Assembly (NCBI GenBank): GCA_030390025.1
Contig: CM059431.1
Location: 110,672,001-110,736,000, forward strand
Reading direction: 5' to 3'
Length of the DNA stretch: 64,000 nucleotides
From: Squalus acanthias
Lineage: Eukaryota
Shown here: positions 49,196-62,188 of the stretch, in pieces
Numbering within the stretch: the stretch's first letter is position 1
Layout: each line of letters opens with the position of its first letter
Notes under the pieces: generated by a model
The model's input: only the letters and a program-made list of their open reading frames with translations
Database searches by the model: none
Told to the model about the DNA's origin: nothing
Made by a program: the position numbers and the translations under genes

Positions 49196-49761
49196 CAGGA
49201 AACTCTTGTTTATCCGGCACCCAAATATCCGGAATTCTCGCTTAACCGGCAAAAATCATCCTCCGAAAACTCCTCTCAAATAACCGGCAATGTTGCCGAG
49301 TCGCAGTCCGAGTCTCCGCGAACGCCGAGTACTCCGAAAACTCCTCTCAAATAACCGGCAATGTTGCCGATCCCGAGTCCGCGAACGCCGATTTATTCAG
49401 TAGGGGTAGTTTTCAAAAGTGCCACGACTCGGCCTCCTGGCGCTGTCAGAAGTCCGAAACACTGCAGTAGCAGGAGTTGATTCTCCCGCGCTGCCGGGAG
49501 TCTCACTTACTGTTAAGTAATTAAAGAGTTATGGATTACTCTCAACTGGCAGTACTGTACTTAATCAAGCATCTTCCACCATCCATTTAACACAACATTC
49601 TGTAGGTGAGTACCCAAATACTGTATACTGCACATTTCTTGATTTTTTTATTTTTCTTTGTTAAAAATAGCCTCGGTAGATATAACTCTCTGTTATCCGG
49701 AACTTTCGATCTACCGGCACCACGCTGGTCCCGTCGGTGCCGGATACCAAAGAGTTTCCTG
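49196..49761. mobile_element. pogo/Tigger-like MITE, 566 bp, CpG-rich
   Basis: TIR CAGGAAACTCTT / AAGAGTTTCCTG with TA flanks; internal duplication 49261-49299 / 49332-49370. Confidence 0.8.
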
Positions 49762-49769
49762 TACATCGA

Positions 49770-50135
49770 ATTTACAGCATAGAAACAGGCCATTCAACCC
49801 AACTAGTCTTCGCCAGTGTTTACACTCCACACGAGCCTCCTCCCACCCTACTTCATCAAATCCTATCTGCATATCCTTCTATTCCTTTCTCCCTCATGCA
49901 CTTATCTAGCTTCCCCTTAAATGCATCTATGCTATCTGCCTCAACTACTCCCTGTGGTAGCGAGTTCCACGTTCTAAACACTCTCTGGGTAAAGAAGTTT
50001 CTCCTGAATTCCCTACTGGATTTATTGGTGATGATCTTATATTTATGGCCCCTAGGTTTGGACTGCTCCCACAAGTGGAAACATTTTCTTTCCGCCATAA
50101 ACCCCTTCATAATTTTAAATACCTCTATTTGGTCA
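49770..50135 (-). mobile_element. CR1 subfamily 3' fragment
   Basis: RGHKYKI...RRNFFTQRVFRTWNSLPQGVVEADSIDAFKGKLD. Confidence 0.85.
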
Positions 50136-50654
50136 TAATTTTTAGGCCATAATTCATTTATTGCCGGCCATCCTTTACATCACCTGTAACAGCGCAGTTA
50201 GATTATCAAACTATCACTGATGGAACAAAAAAAGAGTACACTTTCAAAAGTGTGAATCAGGAATAAATGCTTAAATGCCAGTGGTTTACTTCATTCGTAA
50301 CTTTGAGCAAAAGATGGAAATAACTTTTCTCAGGCATGTACCTGTTTGTCACAGATCAAATCATGAATTCGAACTTGACCAAGCAGTGGTCAGCAATGGA
50401 GCCATCAGTAAATAAAGAAACGTGTATATGCCAATCAATTTCAATATCCATTTGAAAAGTATACCGCTAATTGTACCCTCATTGTCCAGCAACTACTGCT
50501 CGCAGTGTTGCCACTTGGATTTCAGTCAAATGTCATGGTCAGCATGCCCATGATTACAAGGCTAAAACGAGTAAACTGCTGACACGCCTAAATTCAAGGG
50601 AAAGGGACGAGGCATGTGATCCCAAATCAGAATATCATGTCTTTTTGAGTGGTA

Positions 50655-50729
50655 CACTCCTGTGAAGCACCTTGGGACGTTTTACTACGTTAAAGGCGCT
50701 ATATAAATACAAGTTGCTGTTGTTGTTGT
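50655..50729 (+). mobile_element. L2 3' tail
   Basis: ctcctgtgaagcaccttgggacgttttactacgttaaaggcgctatataaatacaagttg. Confidence 0.7.
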
Positions 50730-52831
50730 ATCTGATGCCCATGGGTAAAGGAAGATGTTTAGGACGTACCCAATTGCCCGCAGGTTTGTTTCAGTGTCAG
50801 CTGGCAGCAGCGGGGAAATCAATGGGAGGGATTTGGTGTGTCGCTCGTTCTCACATTGCTGACCGTATTTTGTTGTTTTATGCCGATCCACAGGATAAGT
50901 AGCGGCACGTACAGTGATGTCTACAAGGTTGGTGCCTGTGCGCGAGTCCCGGAATGAGAGGCCAGGAAGGGAGTGGGGCAACAGATTGGCAGATGCTTGC
51001 ACAAACCTCAAGTTGCTTGATTCTCCTGTCAGCCATTCTGAAGGGAGCGGGTTAAACCCCATTAACTGGGAAAATAGTACAAAGTGGAATATTCAGTGTG
51101 GGCAAAGAATAGGATTGAGAAACCCAAATCTTCCAGATATAATATGCTTAGAAAAATACTCAACAAGGAAGCAGAGACATGGCTTCAAGGTACTCTTGGT
51201 GTATATAAATTGTTAAACATCATCCTCCTGAAACTCTTCTTCCAATTACTACCGAACATACATATTAAAGGTTGAGTCACTCAATTACAAAATCATCTTG
51301 TGAAAGAATCAGTTACATACAGTCATCCAACTTAAGATCGACTGTTAAATTTGTCTAAAAGATTCTGGTAAAGAAAATAAATCAAAAAATATTGATGCCA
51401 GCCAAATGCACCGTTTGATATTTTAAGGTCCAGGGAATCTTTGCGGTCCACCTATGAGGCGATTCATTCCGATTTTCCTTTCTCTCTCGCCCAGAGAAAC
51501 TGAGGCTATCAATAACACTTTAAGCTGCCTTGGCTGAGGCCTGTCATCACTTCAAGAAGGATAAAGCTAGAAATTGAACATGGAGCAAGCAAGGGGATGG
51601 GTGTCTGGAGATGTCTGCAGCCCAGTATTTGGAATATTAAAAAAATCTAATTTGATGCAAGGGCAGCTTATTATTTGATTACTCTGCGAGATGAGGGTAC
51701 AACCCTTACAGAAACTTATCTAAAGCAGAATTATTGTAAAAATAATGAAGGAATGAATGCAAGTGGAATGTCATACTTTCGATTTGAATCTAATAGTATG
51801 AACCCAACAATTTCCACATATACATTTTAGCCTTTGACAATAATTACACTGTGCTCCTGAACAGCAGAGTTTTCAACCACCAGGCAAATAGGAGTGACAC
51901 TTATGACCAGTAAGTTTGGCACAGATTGCAAATCTATTTAAACACGAAGGTAAACGTTCCAAGATGCGGAGTTGCATGCGATGGAGGTACAAATTTGGGC
52001 ACAGGGGTCAACATGCCCAATTGCAGCGCTCCTGATTTCGCAGTCGTTAAAATTAGATAAAAGGTTTGGCCTGTGGCTTTCTCAATCTTCTATTGGTAAA
52101 TAAATGAGGAATCTTGTGCTAGTATTCATGTTTGGTTAAGCTACGCCCCCTACTTCTTCTGTCCATGTGCATAATCATTCTGAAAGAAAGAAACAGAATG
52201 CGAAAAGACATAAAGTTCACCTCATTACTGTTTTTAAAGGAGGGGATTGTATGGTTTGGGCCTAAGTTAGGTTTTTCTTTAAAATAACATGTAACCCTCT
52301 TACTGCCTCTGCTCTGACCCCACACAGAACACATTAAATTAACACACGTTGACCAGAGCGCCAGAAATATAATGAGTGTAAATTCCAAAATAAAGGAAAT
52401 AGAATTATAAGCACTTAAACACATTAGGCGTGCAGTTTATATATCACTACATTTTTGGAAAAGCTTGTAAGACAGGGCTGTTCCTTTTAATACACGGCCA
52501 TTTCTTTCTATGGTGACCCAGATCAGTTTGACATCAAAGGTCTGTGTAGTAGTGGATGGTTTATTTAATCCTTTCTTCCACATCAAGAAAATTTACCATA
52601 ATTTCTTTTGGCCTTGATTTGAATATGATTTAGAGTGGCTTTGAACTGTTTTTTTTTATGCCACATGTGCTTCAAGTAATGTTAGTGCTGTCATGGGCAA
52701 TGGCATTTGCTGGACTTTTTTTTGGCAGTGGTAAGAGTTTTTAGCTCAGCTGTCGTAGAGAGGGTGGATTGTTTTTGAATTTTCCTCGTGAAAGTGTGAC
52801 ATGTGTTTCAGAGATTATTTTGTATTTGAGT

Positions 52832-53282
52832 GTCAGCCAGTGGCACCCTTGTCTCTGGAGTCAGAAGGTTGTTCAAGTCCCGCTCCAGAGACTTGAGCAC
52901 ACAAATCTAGGCTGACACTCCAGTGCAGTGCTGAGGGAGTGCTGCACTGTCGGAGGTGTCGTCTTTTGGATGAGATGTTAAACTGAGGCCCCGTCTCCTC
53001 TCTCAGGTAGATGTAAAAGATTCCATGGTACTATTTTGAAGAAGAGCAGGGGAGTTATCCCCGGTATGCTGGCCAATATTTATCCCTCAATCAACATCAC
53101 TAAAACAAATTATCTGGTCATTATCACATTGCCGTTTGTGGGAACTTGCTGTGCACAAATTGGCTGCCGCATTTCCTACACTACAACAGTGACTTCACTT
53201 CAAAAAGTACTTCATTGGCTGTAAAGGGCTTTGGGACGTCTGGTGGTCGTGAAAGGTGCTATATAAATGCAAGTCTTTCTTT
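52832..53282 (+). mobile_element. SacSINE1-like SINE, near full length
   Basis: B-box gttcaagtccc, Deu core and tail. Confidence 0.85.
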
Positions 53283-53349
53283 TATAGTTTTATTTTAAAA
53301 ATGGCACAGAAGCATTCCTGGTGCCACAATGGATAAATGTATTGAGTAG

Positions 53350-53660
53350 TGAGGCACTGCAATATGCTGACTAGGAAGGTCTAGGTCCTGAGTTAATTAA
53401 CCTTAGCCAGGGCAGGATTGACTTCATTGCCGTTGACGTAGGAGGGAGACACTTTGGCTAGAGATCTAAGTGGGCCTCCTGTTTGTTAACCAGTGACCTC
53501 TATTGGAAAGTGTACAACGGGTGTGAAGGAGATCAAACAAAACTAGGATGCTATCTCACAGCTCAATAGCCCACCATATCTGGCTAATGTGAAGGAAAAG
53601 CTACTTGAACAAAGTACCAGAGGGCTGCCAATGCCTTTGGAACAACATTACACAGTGCCT
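53350..53660 (+). mobile_element. Old SINE-like repeat, family C
   Basis: Shares blocks with 8960-9160 and 16780-17110. Confidence 0.4.
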
Positions 53661-54199
53661 TCGTGATGGAAGAGTTCATATTTATATCGTGATAGCGGCA
53701 TGTTGCATAAAATACTAAATCAAAGGACTTATATTAAACGAACTAATAAATGAAGATGGGGAAAACATTCCTCACGCATTATGTTTATCCTATGGAGAAT
53801 GTCACAGTGGATACACAACTTTGCCTGTGAGATAGGATAAGTGTATGGAGAATTTTCTCCCCATATAAAACCAGGCCCCATTTCTGCAAGCCAGAACAGA
53901 TGACCTTTCTCTACCCATGTTATCCTCATCATGGTACAAATTACAGCATTTCTAAAAATGCGTCAAAAGGAAAGCCACTTATATAAATATCACATCAGTC
54001 AGTCACAGCTAATCCAGAAGGAGATATATTCTGTCACTAATCCATCCTGATGAAGTTCTATCTATATTTGCACTCTAACAGACATGCAGCATCCGGATAT
54101 CTGGAACTCCCCACGTCATTTCTGACACTCTTACGGGTCCGATACTAAGTGGTGACTTGGATGTACTCACATGATATCGGCACTTGGCTGGACAACCAT

Positions 54200-54590
54200 T
54201 TTTTTTTAAATTCATTCACGGGATGTGGGTGTCACTGGCAAGCCCAGCATTTATTGCCCAGCTAGGCCATTCAGAGGGCTGTTACAAGTCAACCACATTG
54301 CTGTGGGTCTGGAGTCACATACAGGCCAGACCAGGTAAGGGCGGCAGATTTCCTTCCCTAAAGGGACATTAGTGAACCAGATGGGTTTTTACAACAATCC
54401 GGTAGTTTCATGGTCACCATTATTGATACTAGCCTTTATTCCAGATTTGTTTAATTAACTGAATTTAAATTCCCCAGCTGCCCACGGTGGGATTTGAACT
54501 CTTGCCTCCGGATTATTAGTCAAGTCCTCTGGATTATTAGTCCAGTCCTCTGGATTACTAGTCCCGTAACATTACCACTATGCTACCATT
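54200..54590 (-). mobile_element. SINE family B with a 21-bp tandem expansion in the head
   Basis: Colinear with 11660-12350; ggattattagtc(a/c)agtcctct about 2.5 times at 54510-54565. Confidence 0.75.
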
Positions 54591-54899
54591 TGCACTGGCT
54601 GGGTCAGTATTGATCCCACATCAGCTGCTACGGTTGAGCTGGCTGCACGTTTTACCATGGTCAGCGTCCCACATTGTTTCTCAGCCTTTAAACAAATAGC
54701 ATCAAAATCCAAACGGTACCAACGTTTAGATTTCCCAGAGTTTTGTCATTTTACTGCTCGTGTAAAATGTATTACGATGACTGTACGCTCAGAGGAATAG
54801 CAGCATTCACCCTTTTAAAGGATGTATTACAAAGTAACAGCTTTTATCCTATTCTATTATAGTAGTTTCTGTTTTACTTTATTTAATCCGATTATATGA

Positions 54900-55000
54900 T
54901 TGTTAGATGAAGTAGGGTGGGAGGAGTCGCGGGTGGAACATAAACACTGGCATATACCCGTTGGGCCAAACGGCTTGTTTCTGTGCTGTAAATTCTATGC
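54900..55000 (+). mobile_element. CR1 subfamily 3' tail
   Basis: Reverse-complement homolog of 31240-31378. Confidence 0.55.
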
Positions 55001-55896
55001 AATCTGTATTTGATGTTCAGTGTCTATATTAAAAGCCACAGGCATTTTGTAAATTTAGTTAAAATAAAATATTTATGTATAATCAATACTTAAAAGGGGG
55101 ACGCCAACCTGTAAAGAATTCTAAATTTCAATAATTTGCCAGATTTTAAAGCCTGCGTGCATCTGTTTTATGGAGAAACCCAGATTATAGCAATACATGT
55201 GTGGATATCACTGCAGTAACCCTGATACAGTGCATTTTGACGAATGCAGCATGATACAATTGCTGCAGGAAGTCTATGATGTTGTTCTAAGTAACTTTCT
55301 ACAGAATTTTTGTTCCTAGTTAAAATAGTGGGGGTGGGGTGGAGATTATGAATAAAATATAACAAATACAATTGCTGGGCATACTTTAAATACCAACTGC
55401 AAATGTTTACTGAACTTTTCTTGTGTCAAAAAATGAAGTGGGGGGGGGTGGGGTGTGACAGAATTGACCTTTGAACATTCACTAAACATGGTGATGCGAG
55501 GGTGTAAGATTCCTATCAGCAAAGATACAGTCACTAACCCAAAGTGCATCAGTGCTTGTGGCATTTCAACCCAAGTCTGTTAAATCACCTTCCTTTCTTT
55601 CAGAGCTTAGTGACTTCTGTGAATCAGTTCCCCTTATTATATCATCAGCACTTGTTAAACAAAATTAATTCAATAAATCAACAAAAGCTCAAACTTCTTT
55701 GTAACCGTTTCCATTCGTTTTTAAAAAAGGTCCTGATGGAGAAATTCTTGCTTGGAGGACTTCAATAGCTTTATTCATTCATTCTTTTCCTCATTTTATC
55801 TAATTCGTATTTCCTTGCTATGTTCCATTTGGCTCCCTTTTAACAGAAAAATTCATATGAGGGGGCAAATTCCTCTCTCCTCCCCCTCTCCCCTCG

Positions 55897-56064
55897 TTGT
55901 TGCGCTTGTTCAACAATAAAAAGGTTCCAGGTGGGAGATATTAACCAAATTGCCCCATTAGTGGCAAAATTCTGACCCACAATCGTATTAGGAGTATCCG
56001 CCAATTAAATATTTGGTTAATATCTCCCACCTGGAACCCTTTTATTGGAGAACAAGTACAACAA
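55897..56064. repeat. Long inverted repeat, probable fold-back MITE
   Basis: Perfect 28-bp arms 55923-55950 / 56011-56038, extending imperfectly to about 54 bp. Confidence 0.8.
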
Positions 56065-56367
56065 TCAAGGAGAAAAGCTTTCCCTGTAACATTAATTGAT
56101 CTATTATAGAAAGAGTACAATCGGAAAAGTAATTAAAAAGGGGAAACGTGCCAAATAATCATAATTAGATAGAATGGGAGTGGAGCATTTAGGACACAGT
56201 TACACTGCAATAACCATTTTGAGACCAGTGCCTGCTTAAAGTGACATGGGGCCAACATTTATCACTTTGTGATCAGGAAAAATAAGGCTCTGAATGATTT
56301 AGTGTTCACAACTCTGGTGGGACATGTTTCTGGAGGTTTCATCACATGACCTCCCACCTCCAACTTT

Positions 56368-59300
56368 AAACCAATGAAGCGGGGGGGGGAGGATTCAGGA
56401 AAGAGTAAATTTAAAAGCAGCAAGAGAAATGTCAAGGCTCCAGAGCAGAGCAGAGTTTTGGGTAAAGATAAGCAGAGTGGGTCAGGAAGGGACTGAGGGA
56501 GTAACAAAGGTAATAGGGCATCAGTGACTAAGGTGACATCAGGGAAAAATAGAAAAAAGTCAAAGCTAAAGGCACCATATCTGAATGTGCAAAGCATTCG
56601 CAACAAAATAGATGAATTAATAGCGGAGATAGAAATTAATAGGTTTGATCTAATAGCCATAATAGAGACGTGGTTGCAAAGTGGCCAAGGTTGGGAACTA
56701 AATATTCCAGGATACTTAACTTTTAGAAGAGATAGGCAAAATGGAAAAGGAGGAGGGGTAGCCCTGATAATAAAGGATGGGAGAAAGACAGTAGAGAGAA
56801 AGGATCTTAGCTCCGAAAATCAAGAAGTAGAATCAGTTTGGGTTGAGCTAAGAAACAGCAAGGGGCAGAAAACATTGGTGGGAGTTGTTTATAGGCCCCC
56901 AAATAATAGTTATAATGTAGGGCAGAGTATAAATCAGGAAATTAGAGGTGCATGGAACAAGGGTAATCATGGGGGACTTTAATCTACATATAGACTGGGC
57001 AAACCAAATTTGCAGTAATAGTGTGGAGGATGAATTCATGGAATGTGTGCAAGATAGTTTTCTAGATCAGTATGTTGAGGAACCAACTAGGGAACAGGCT
57101 ATTTTAGATCTAGTATTGTGCAATGAGAAAGGGTTAATTAATAGCCTTGTAGTAAAGGGGCCCTTAGGGAAGAGTGACCATAATATGATAGAATTTTATA
57201 TTCAGTTTGAAAGTGATTTTGTTAAATCCGAAACTAGGGTTTTAAATCTAAACAAAGCAAACTACGTAGGTATGAGGGGCGAGTTGGCTAAGATAGATTG
57301 GAAAACGACATTAAAAGGTATGATGGTAGATAAGCAATGGCTAGCATTTAAAGAATTAATACATAATTTACAACAAATATACATTCCTTTAAGGCACAAA
57401 AACCCCAGAGGAAAAGTGGTCCAACTGTGGCTAATAAGAGAAGTTAAAGATAGCATTAGATCAAAGGAAGAGGCTTATAATGTTGCCAAAAAGAGCAGTA
57501 AGCCTGAGGATTGAGTGGATTTTAGAATTCAGCAAAGGAGGACCAAGAAATTGATAAAGAAAGGGGAAATAGAATATGAGAGTAAACTCACGAGAGACTG
57601 TAAAAGCTTCTATAGGTATGTAAAAAGGAAAAGATTAGCGAAAGTAAATGTGGGTCCCTTACAGGCTGAGACAGGAGAAATTATAATGGGGAATAAGGAA
57701 ATGGCAGAGAAATTAAATAAATACTTTGGGCTGGATTTTGATACTGGGGACGTGATGTAGGCAGGACTCCCACTTTTTGGGTTGTAGTCCCGCCTCCATC
57801 GACTTGTGGCCAACCCACTGCATTTTCACTTGATTGACCTTGTTGAGCCCGCCCAGCGAGCTCAGCAGGCCAATTAAGGGCCACCCGGCAACAGGTGACG
57901 TCACAGATTGACATTTCATCTGTCAAGAGCTTTTGACAGATGAAATATCAGCGTTTGACAGCTCTGTGAAGCTGTGAAACACTGACAATCTGTCTTCTAA
58001 CTTGAGTCCTTCCTCTCAGGCTGAGTTAGAAATCATTCCATCACAGAAAGCAGAAGGCTGCAGTTTTTGACAGCACCACGGCCATTGTGTTTTCTGTGCC
58101 AGTGAGATTTCTGACTCCCGAGACCTGAAGGGCTGACACCTGCAGGAGGAAGTTAAGGTAAGTAAAACTTTTCCCCACACTTTACACTTACCTTACACAC
58201 TTACCTCTGCACACATGCACTCATCACTCACCTGCCCACCGGACATATCGACCCCTCCAACCCCTGCAGACCCACGGTCCGCCTCGCTAACTTGGCGTGG
58301 TTGGGACCTGTCGGGAAGCCCACATTTCAGCTTTTAAAATAGGGATTAGGCAAAAAACTGCCTGTTAACTACCTGTTAACAGGCAGTTAATTGTCACTAA
58401 TCCCCTTCCCGCCTCAGGGAGGCGGGTCCCAGCACAGGTTGGGCACCCACCTCCAGCGAAACTGACATGGAGCCGGGTTGGGGGCAGGATGGGTTCGGGA
58501 CCCCCGAATCTGCAACTTTAACCCCCCACACGCCTCCAAACCCGCCTCCACGGGTCAATGAAAATCCAGCCCATTGTGTCTGTCTTCACGGAAGAAGACG
58601 CAAAAAAATCTCTCAAAAATAGTGGAGAACCAAGGTAAAAAAATTACTGGAGAAATTAATGGGACTGAAAGCCAATAAATCCCCTGGACCTGATGGCCTA
58701 CATCCTAGGGTTTTGAAAGAGTTGGCTATAGAGATAGTGGATGCATTGGTTGTCATCTTCCAAAATTCCATTGATTCTAGAACAGTTCCCGCAGATTGGA
58801 AGGTAGCAAATGTAACCCCACTATTTAAGAAAGGAGGGAGAGAGAAAACAGGGAACTACAGACCAGTTAGCCTGACATCAGCAGTAGGGAAAATGCTAGA
58901 ATCTATTATTAAGGACGTGGTAACAGGGCACTTAGAAAATAATAATAGGATTGGGCAGAGTCAACACGGATTTATGAAAGGGAAATCATGTTTGACAAAT
59001 CTGTTTTTTGAGGTTGTAACGAGCAGAATAGATAAGGGGGAACCAGTGGATGTGGTGTATTTGGATTTTCAGAAGGCATTCGATAAGGTGCCACACAAGG
59101 GCTCATGGGATTGGGGGTAATATACTAGCATGGATTGAGGATTGGTTAACGGACAGAAAACAGAGAGTAGGAATAAATGGGTCATTTTTGATTTGGCAGG
59201 CTGTAACTAGTGGGGTACCACAAGGATCAGTGCTTGGGCCTCAGCTATTCACAATCTATATCAATGATTTGGATGAGAGGACCAAATGTAATATATCCAA

Positions 59301-60230
59301 GTTTGCTGATGATACAAAGCTAAGTGGGAATGTAAGTTGTGAGGAGGATGCAAAGAGGCTTCAAGGGGATATAGACAGGCTAAGTGAGTGGGCAAGAACA
59401 TGGCAAATGGAATATAATGTGGATAAATGTGAAGTTATCCACTTTGGTAGGAAAAATAGAAAAGCAGAGTATTTTTTAAATGGTGACAGATTGGGAAATG
59501 TTGGTGTTCAGAGGGACCTGGGTGTCCTTGTACACGAATCACTGAAAGTTAACATGCAGGTACAGCAAGCAATTAAGAAAGCAAATGGTACGTTGGCCTT
59601 TATTACAAGAGGATTTGCGTATAAGAGTAAAGATGTCTTACTGCAATTATATAGGGCCCTGGTAAGACCACACCTGGAGTATTGTGTACAGTTTTGATCT
59701 CCTTACCTAACGAAGGATATACTTGCCATAGAGGGAGTGCAACAAAGGTTCACCAGACTGATTCCTGGGATGGGGAGATTGTCCTATGAGGAGAGACTGA
59801 GTAGACTCGGCCTATATTCTCTGGAGTTTAGAAGAATGAGAAGTGATCTCCTTGAAACAAACAAAATTCTTACAGGGCGTGACAGGGTAGATGCAGGGAG
59901 GATGTTTCCCCTGGCTGGGGAGTCTAGAACCAGGGTTTACAGTCTCAAAATAAGGGGTCGGCCATTTAGGACTGAGATGAGGAGAAATTTCTTCACTCAG
60001 AGGGTGATGAATCTTTGGAATTCTCTACCCCAGAGGGCTGTGGAGGCTCAGCCATTGAGTATATTCAAGACAGAGATCGATAGATTTTTGAATATTAAGG
60101 GAATCAAGGGATATGGGGATCGAGCAGGAAAGTGGAGTTGAGGTAGAAGATCAGTCATAATCTTATTGAATGGTGGAGCAGGCTCAAGTGGCCAAATGGC
60201 CTACCCCTGCTCCTATATCTTATGTTCTTA
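56368..60230 (+). mobile_element. Decayed CR1 LINE (ORF2 endonuclease plus RT), interrupted by a MITE
   Basis: YLNVQSIRNKIDEL..ETWL, MGDFN, LGKSDH, FADD motifs; several frameshifts and stops; ttatgttcttat tail. Confidence 0.9.
57728..58572. mobile_element. Harbinger-type MITE inside CR1 ORF2
   Basis: TIR GGGCTGGATTTT / AAAATCCAGCCC; splits KYF|VSVFTEED; flanks TTT/ATT. Confidence 0.85.
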
Positions 60231-60435
60231 TCCCACCTAGTGAAACAGTATTTCCCCCCCCACCGATCTCCAGTATTTTTATAACTAATAAAAAAAGTGT
60301 TCAATGAAAAAAGCGCACAACTATTTTTATCGACCCCCAATGATTTTTCCCCTGAGTCGCTCGCAGCAGTGTCCAGGAGATTCTTCTTTAATTCCTGGAG
60401 ACTCCCGGACAATCCTGGAGGGTTGGGAACCCCTA
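60231..60435. mobile_element. Right part of the hAT-like MITE split by the CR1 (left part about 56299-56365)
   Basis: Joined halves align to the reverse complement of 40949-41228; ends gggttgggaacccta. Confidence 0.6.
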
Positions 60436-61290
60436 ACCGGATTCTGCTCGCTGGCACCTCAACGATGGTTACATTTTAATGTTAAGAAAGAGCCAACAGT
60501 CCTGTTAACAGCCAAAGGATAAAAAATGAAGCTTCAAAAAGTTGGTGGTTTCAACTGGTGCAAAAACCAAAGAGATGCCAGACTACCTGCTGGAAGTGGT
60601 CTCGTACTGCTGGCCTAAGCTGAATTCAGAAGACTTCCCATCTGTATTCTGAGACAGTTTAAGTCAGTGGGAACCCGAAGCTATTTTACAACAATGTAAA
60701 CTCTTCTGTACCATTGCTTATTAGGATGTCTGAGAGAGGGAGATTATAGTACAAAAAAAAATCAATTCTTATGCACAATCCTAGTTACTATAATAAATAG
60801 TTAAGTGAGATTACAGTCATTTAAAAAAAAGTAATTAAAATACTTTGTTAAAACTAAAAAGATGTGTTAAAAATAAAATGTACACAATTTACTTCAAGTT
60901 CAAGGCCTTTTCAGGAAATTGAACAGACCTTAATCTATGGAGTCACATGAAAACAGTACAGGCTGTGTTTTTCAGTTTAGTAGAAGTGCTTGAAATGAGA
61001 TTACAGTCATTTTAAAAAAAACAGCAATTAAAATACTTTGTTGCATTTTCTTTGAGCTAAGTTCTTGTGGAAAGAATAATAACATTACAGGCTGCATGCA
61101 CTTGTGATATTACTGTCAAGTCTTACCTTGAATGCACTGGGTGAAGTAATGGTGTCCCACACATGCAATGCTGCCTGGATCTGACCGCTATACAACAGTA
61201 CGTAGCTCTGAATGTTTTCCGGAGGATTTGGTTTGTAACTAAGCTATTGGCTTACCATCTTTTGATATGGTTGAGCATCTAGTTACACTG

Positions 61291-62123
61291 GGGGTGATTT
61301 TGCCAATGGGGGCGCGATGGAGGTGCGACTGTTGCTTGTCGGGTTTCAGTCCCGACTCCATTGATGTCTGGCCAACCCACGCTATTTTCCCTTGACTGAC
61401 CTTGTTAAGCCTGCCCAGCGGGCTTAGCAGGCCAATTAAGGGAAAGCCGGTGACAGAGAACGTCAGCGTATGACGTTTCATCTGTCAAAAATTTTTGACA
61501 GATGCTTTGTCATCGTTTGACAGCTTTGAGAAGCTGTCAAACACTGACATTCCCTGTTGTTTGGTGAGTTCTTGTACTCAAGACTCACCAACCCTCTTTC
61601 GTGAGCAGAAAGTAGATGGCTGTTGCATCGGAGAATGCAGCAGCCATTCTGTCAGCTCTGCCATTGAGATGCCGGAGCCTCCGGATCCCCAACGATTGAA
61701 GCCTGCAGATAAGAAAATTTTTCTATTACTTTTCACTCACCTCATGTACTTACCTCTCCACACTTGCACCCATCACTCACCTCCACAGCGCACTTTTGGA
61801 CCCCTTTCACCCCCGCAGACCCATTGCTCGCCTCGGTGACCCTAGCGGGGTTTCCCGACGTCGGGAAGCCCGCACTTCTGTTGGAAAAATGGGGATAATC
61901 CTCTTAACTGCCTCTTAACTACCTGTTAACAGGCAGTTAAGTGGCTGTAATCCCCTTCCCGCCTCCAAGGAGATGGGACCTGGCGCGGGTCGGCTACCTG
62001 CTTCCTGGGACGTTGGCACGGAGGCGGGTTGGGGGCGGGTTGGGCACCCGCCCCCAGATTCTGCCATTTTCCCCGCAGTCCCGCCTCCATACCCACCTCC
62101 CCAGGGCTGGCAAGAGCGCGCCC
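61291..62123. mobile_element. Harbinger-type MITE with interior homologous to 57728-58572
   Basis: Degenerate TIRs ggggtgattttgcc / ggcaagagcgcgccc; shared palindromes catctgtcaa..ttgacagatg and ttaactacctgttaacaggcagttaa. Confidence 0.7.
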
Positions 62124-62188
62124 AATGTTTCCATTTTCATCTGCTTTTGGTGATCTTTGATGCACAAAACTTATCCAATGTAGTCTAA

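Noticed and set aside
54510..54565. 21-bp repeats resembling a CRISPR array
   Set aside because: No spacers; a tandem expansion in a SINE head in eukaryotic DNA
61128..61238. Minus-strand exon-like segment with AAG|GTAAGA donor
   Set aside because: No good polypyrimidine tract and no recognisable peptide
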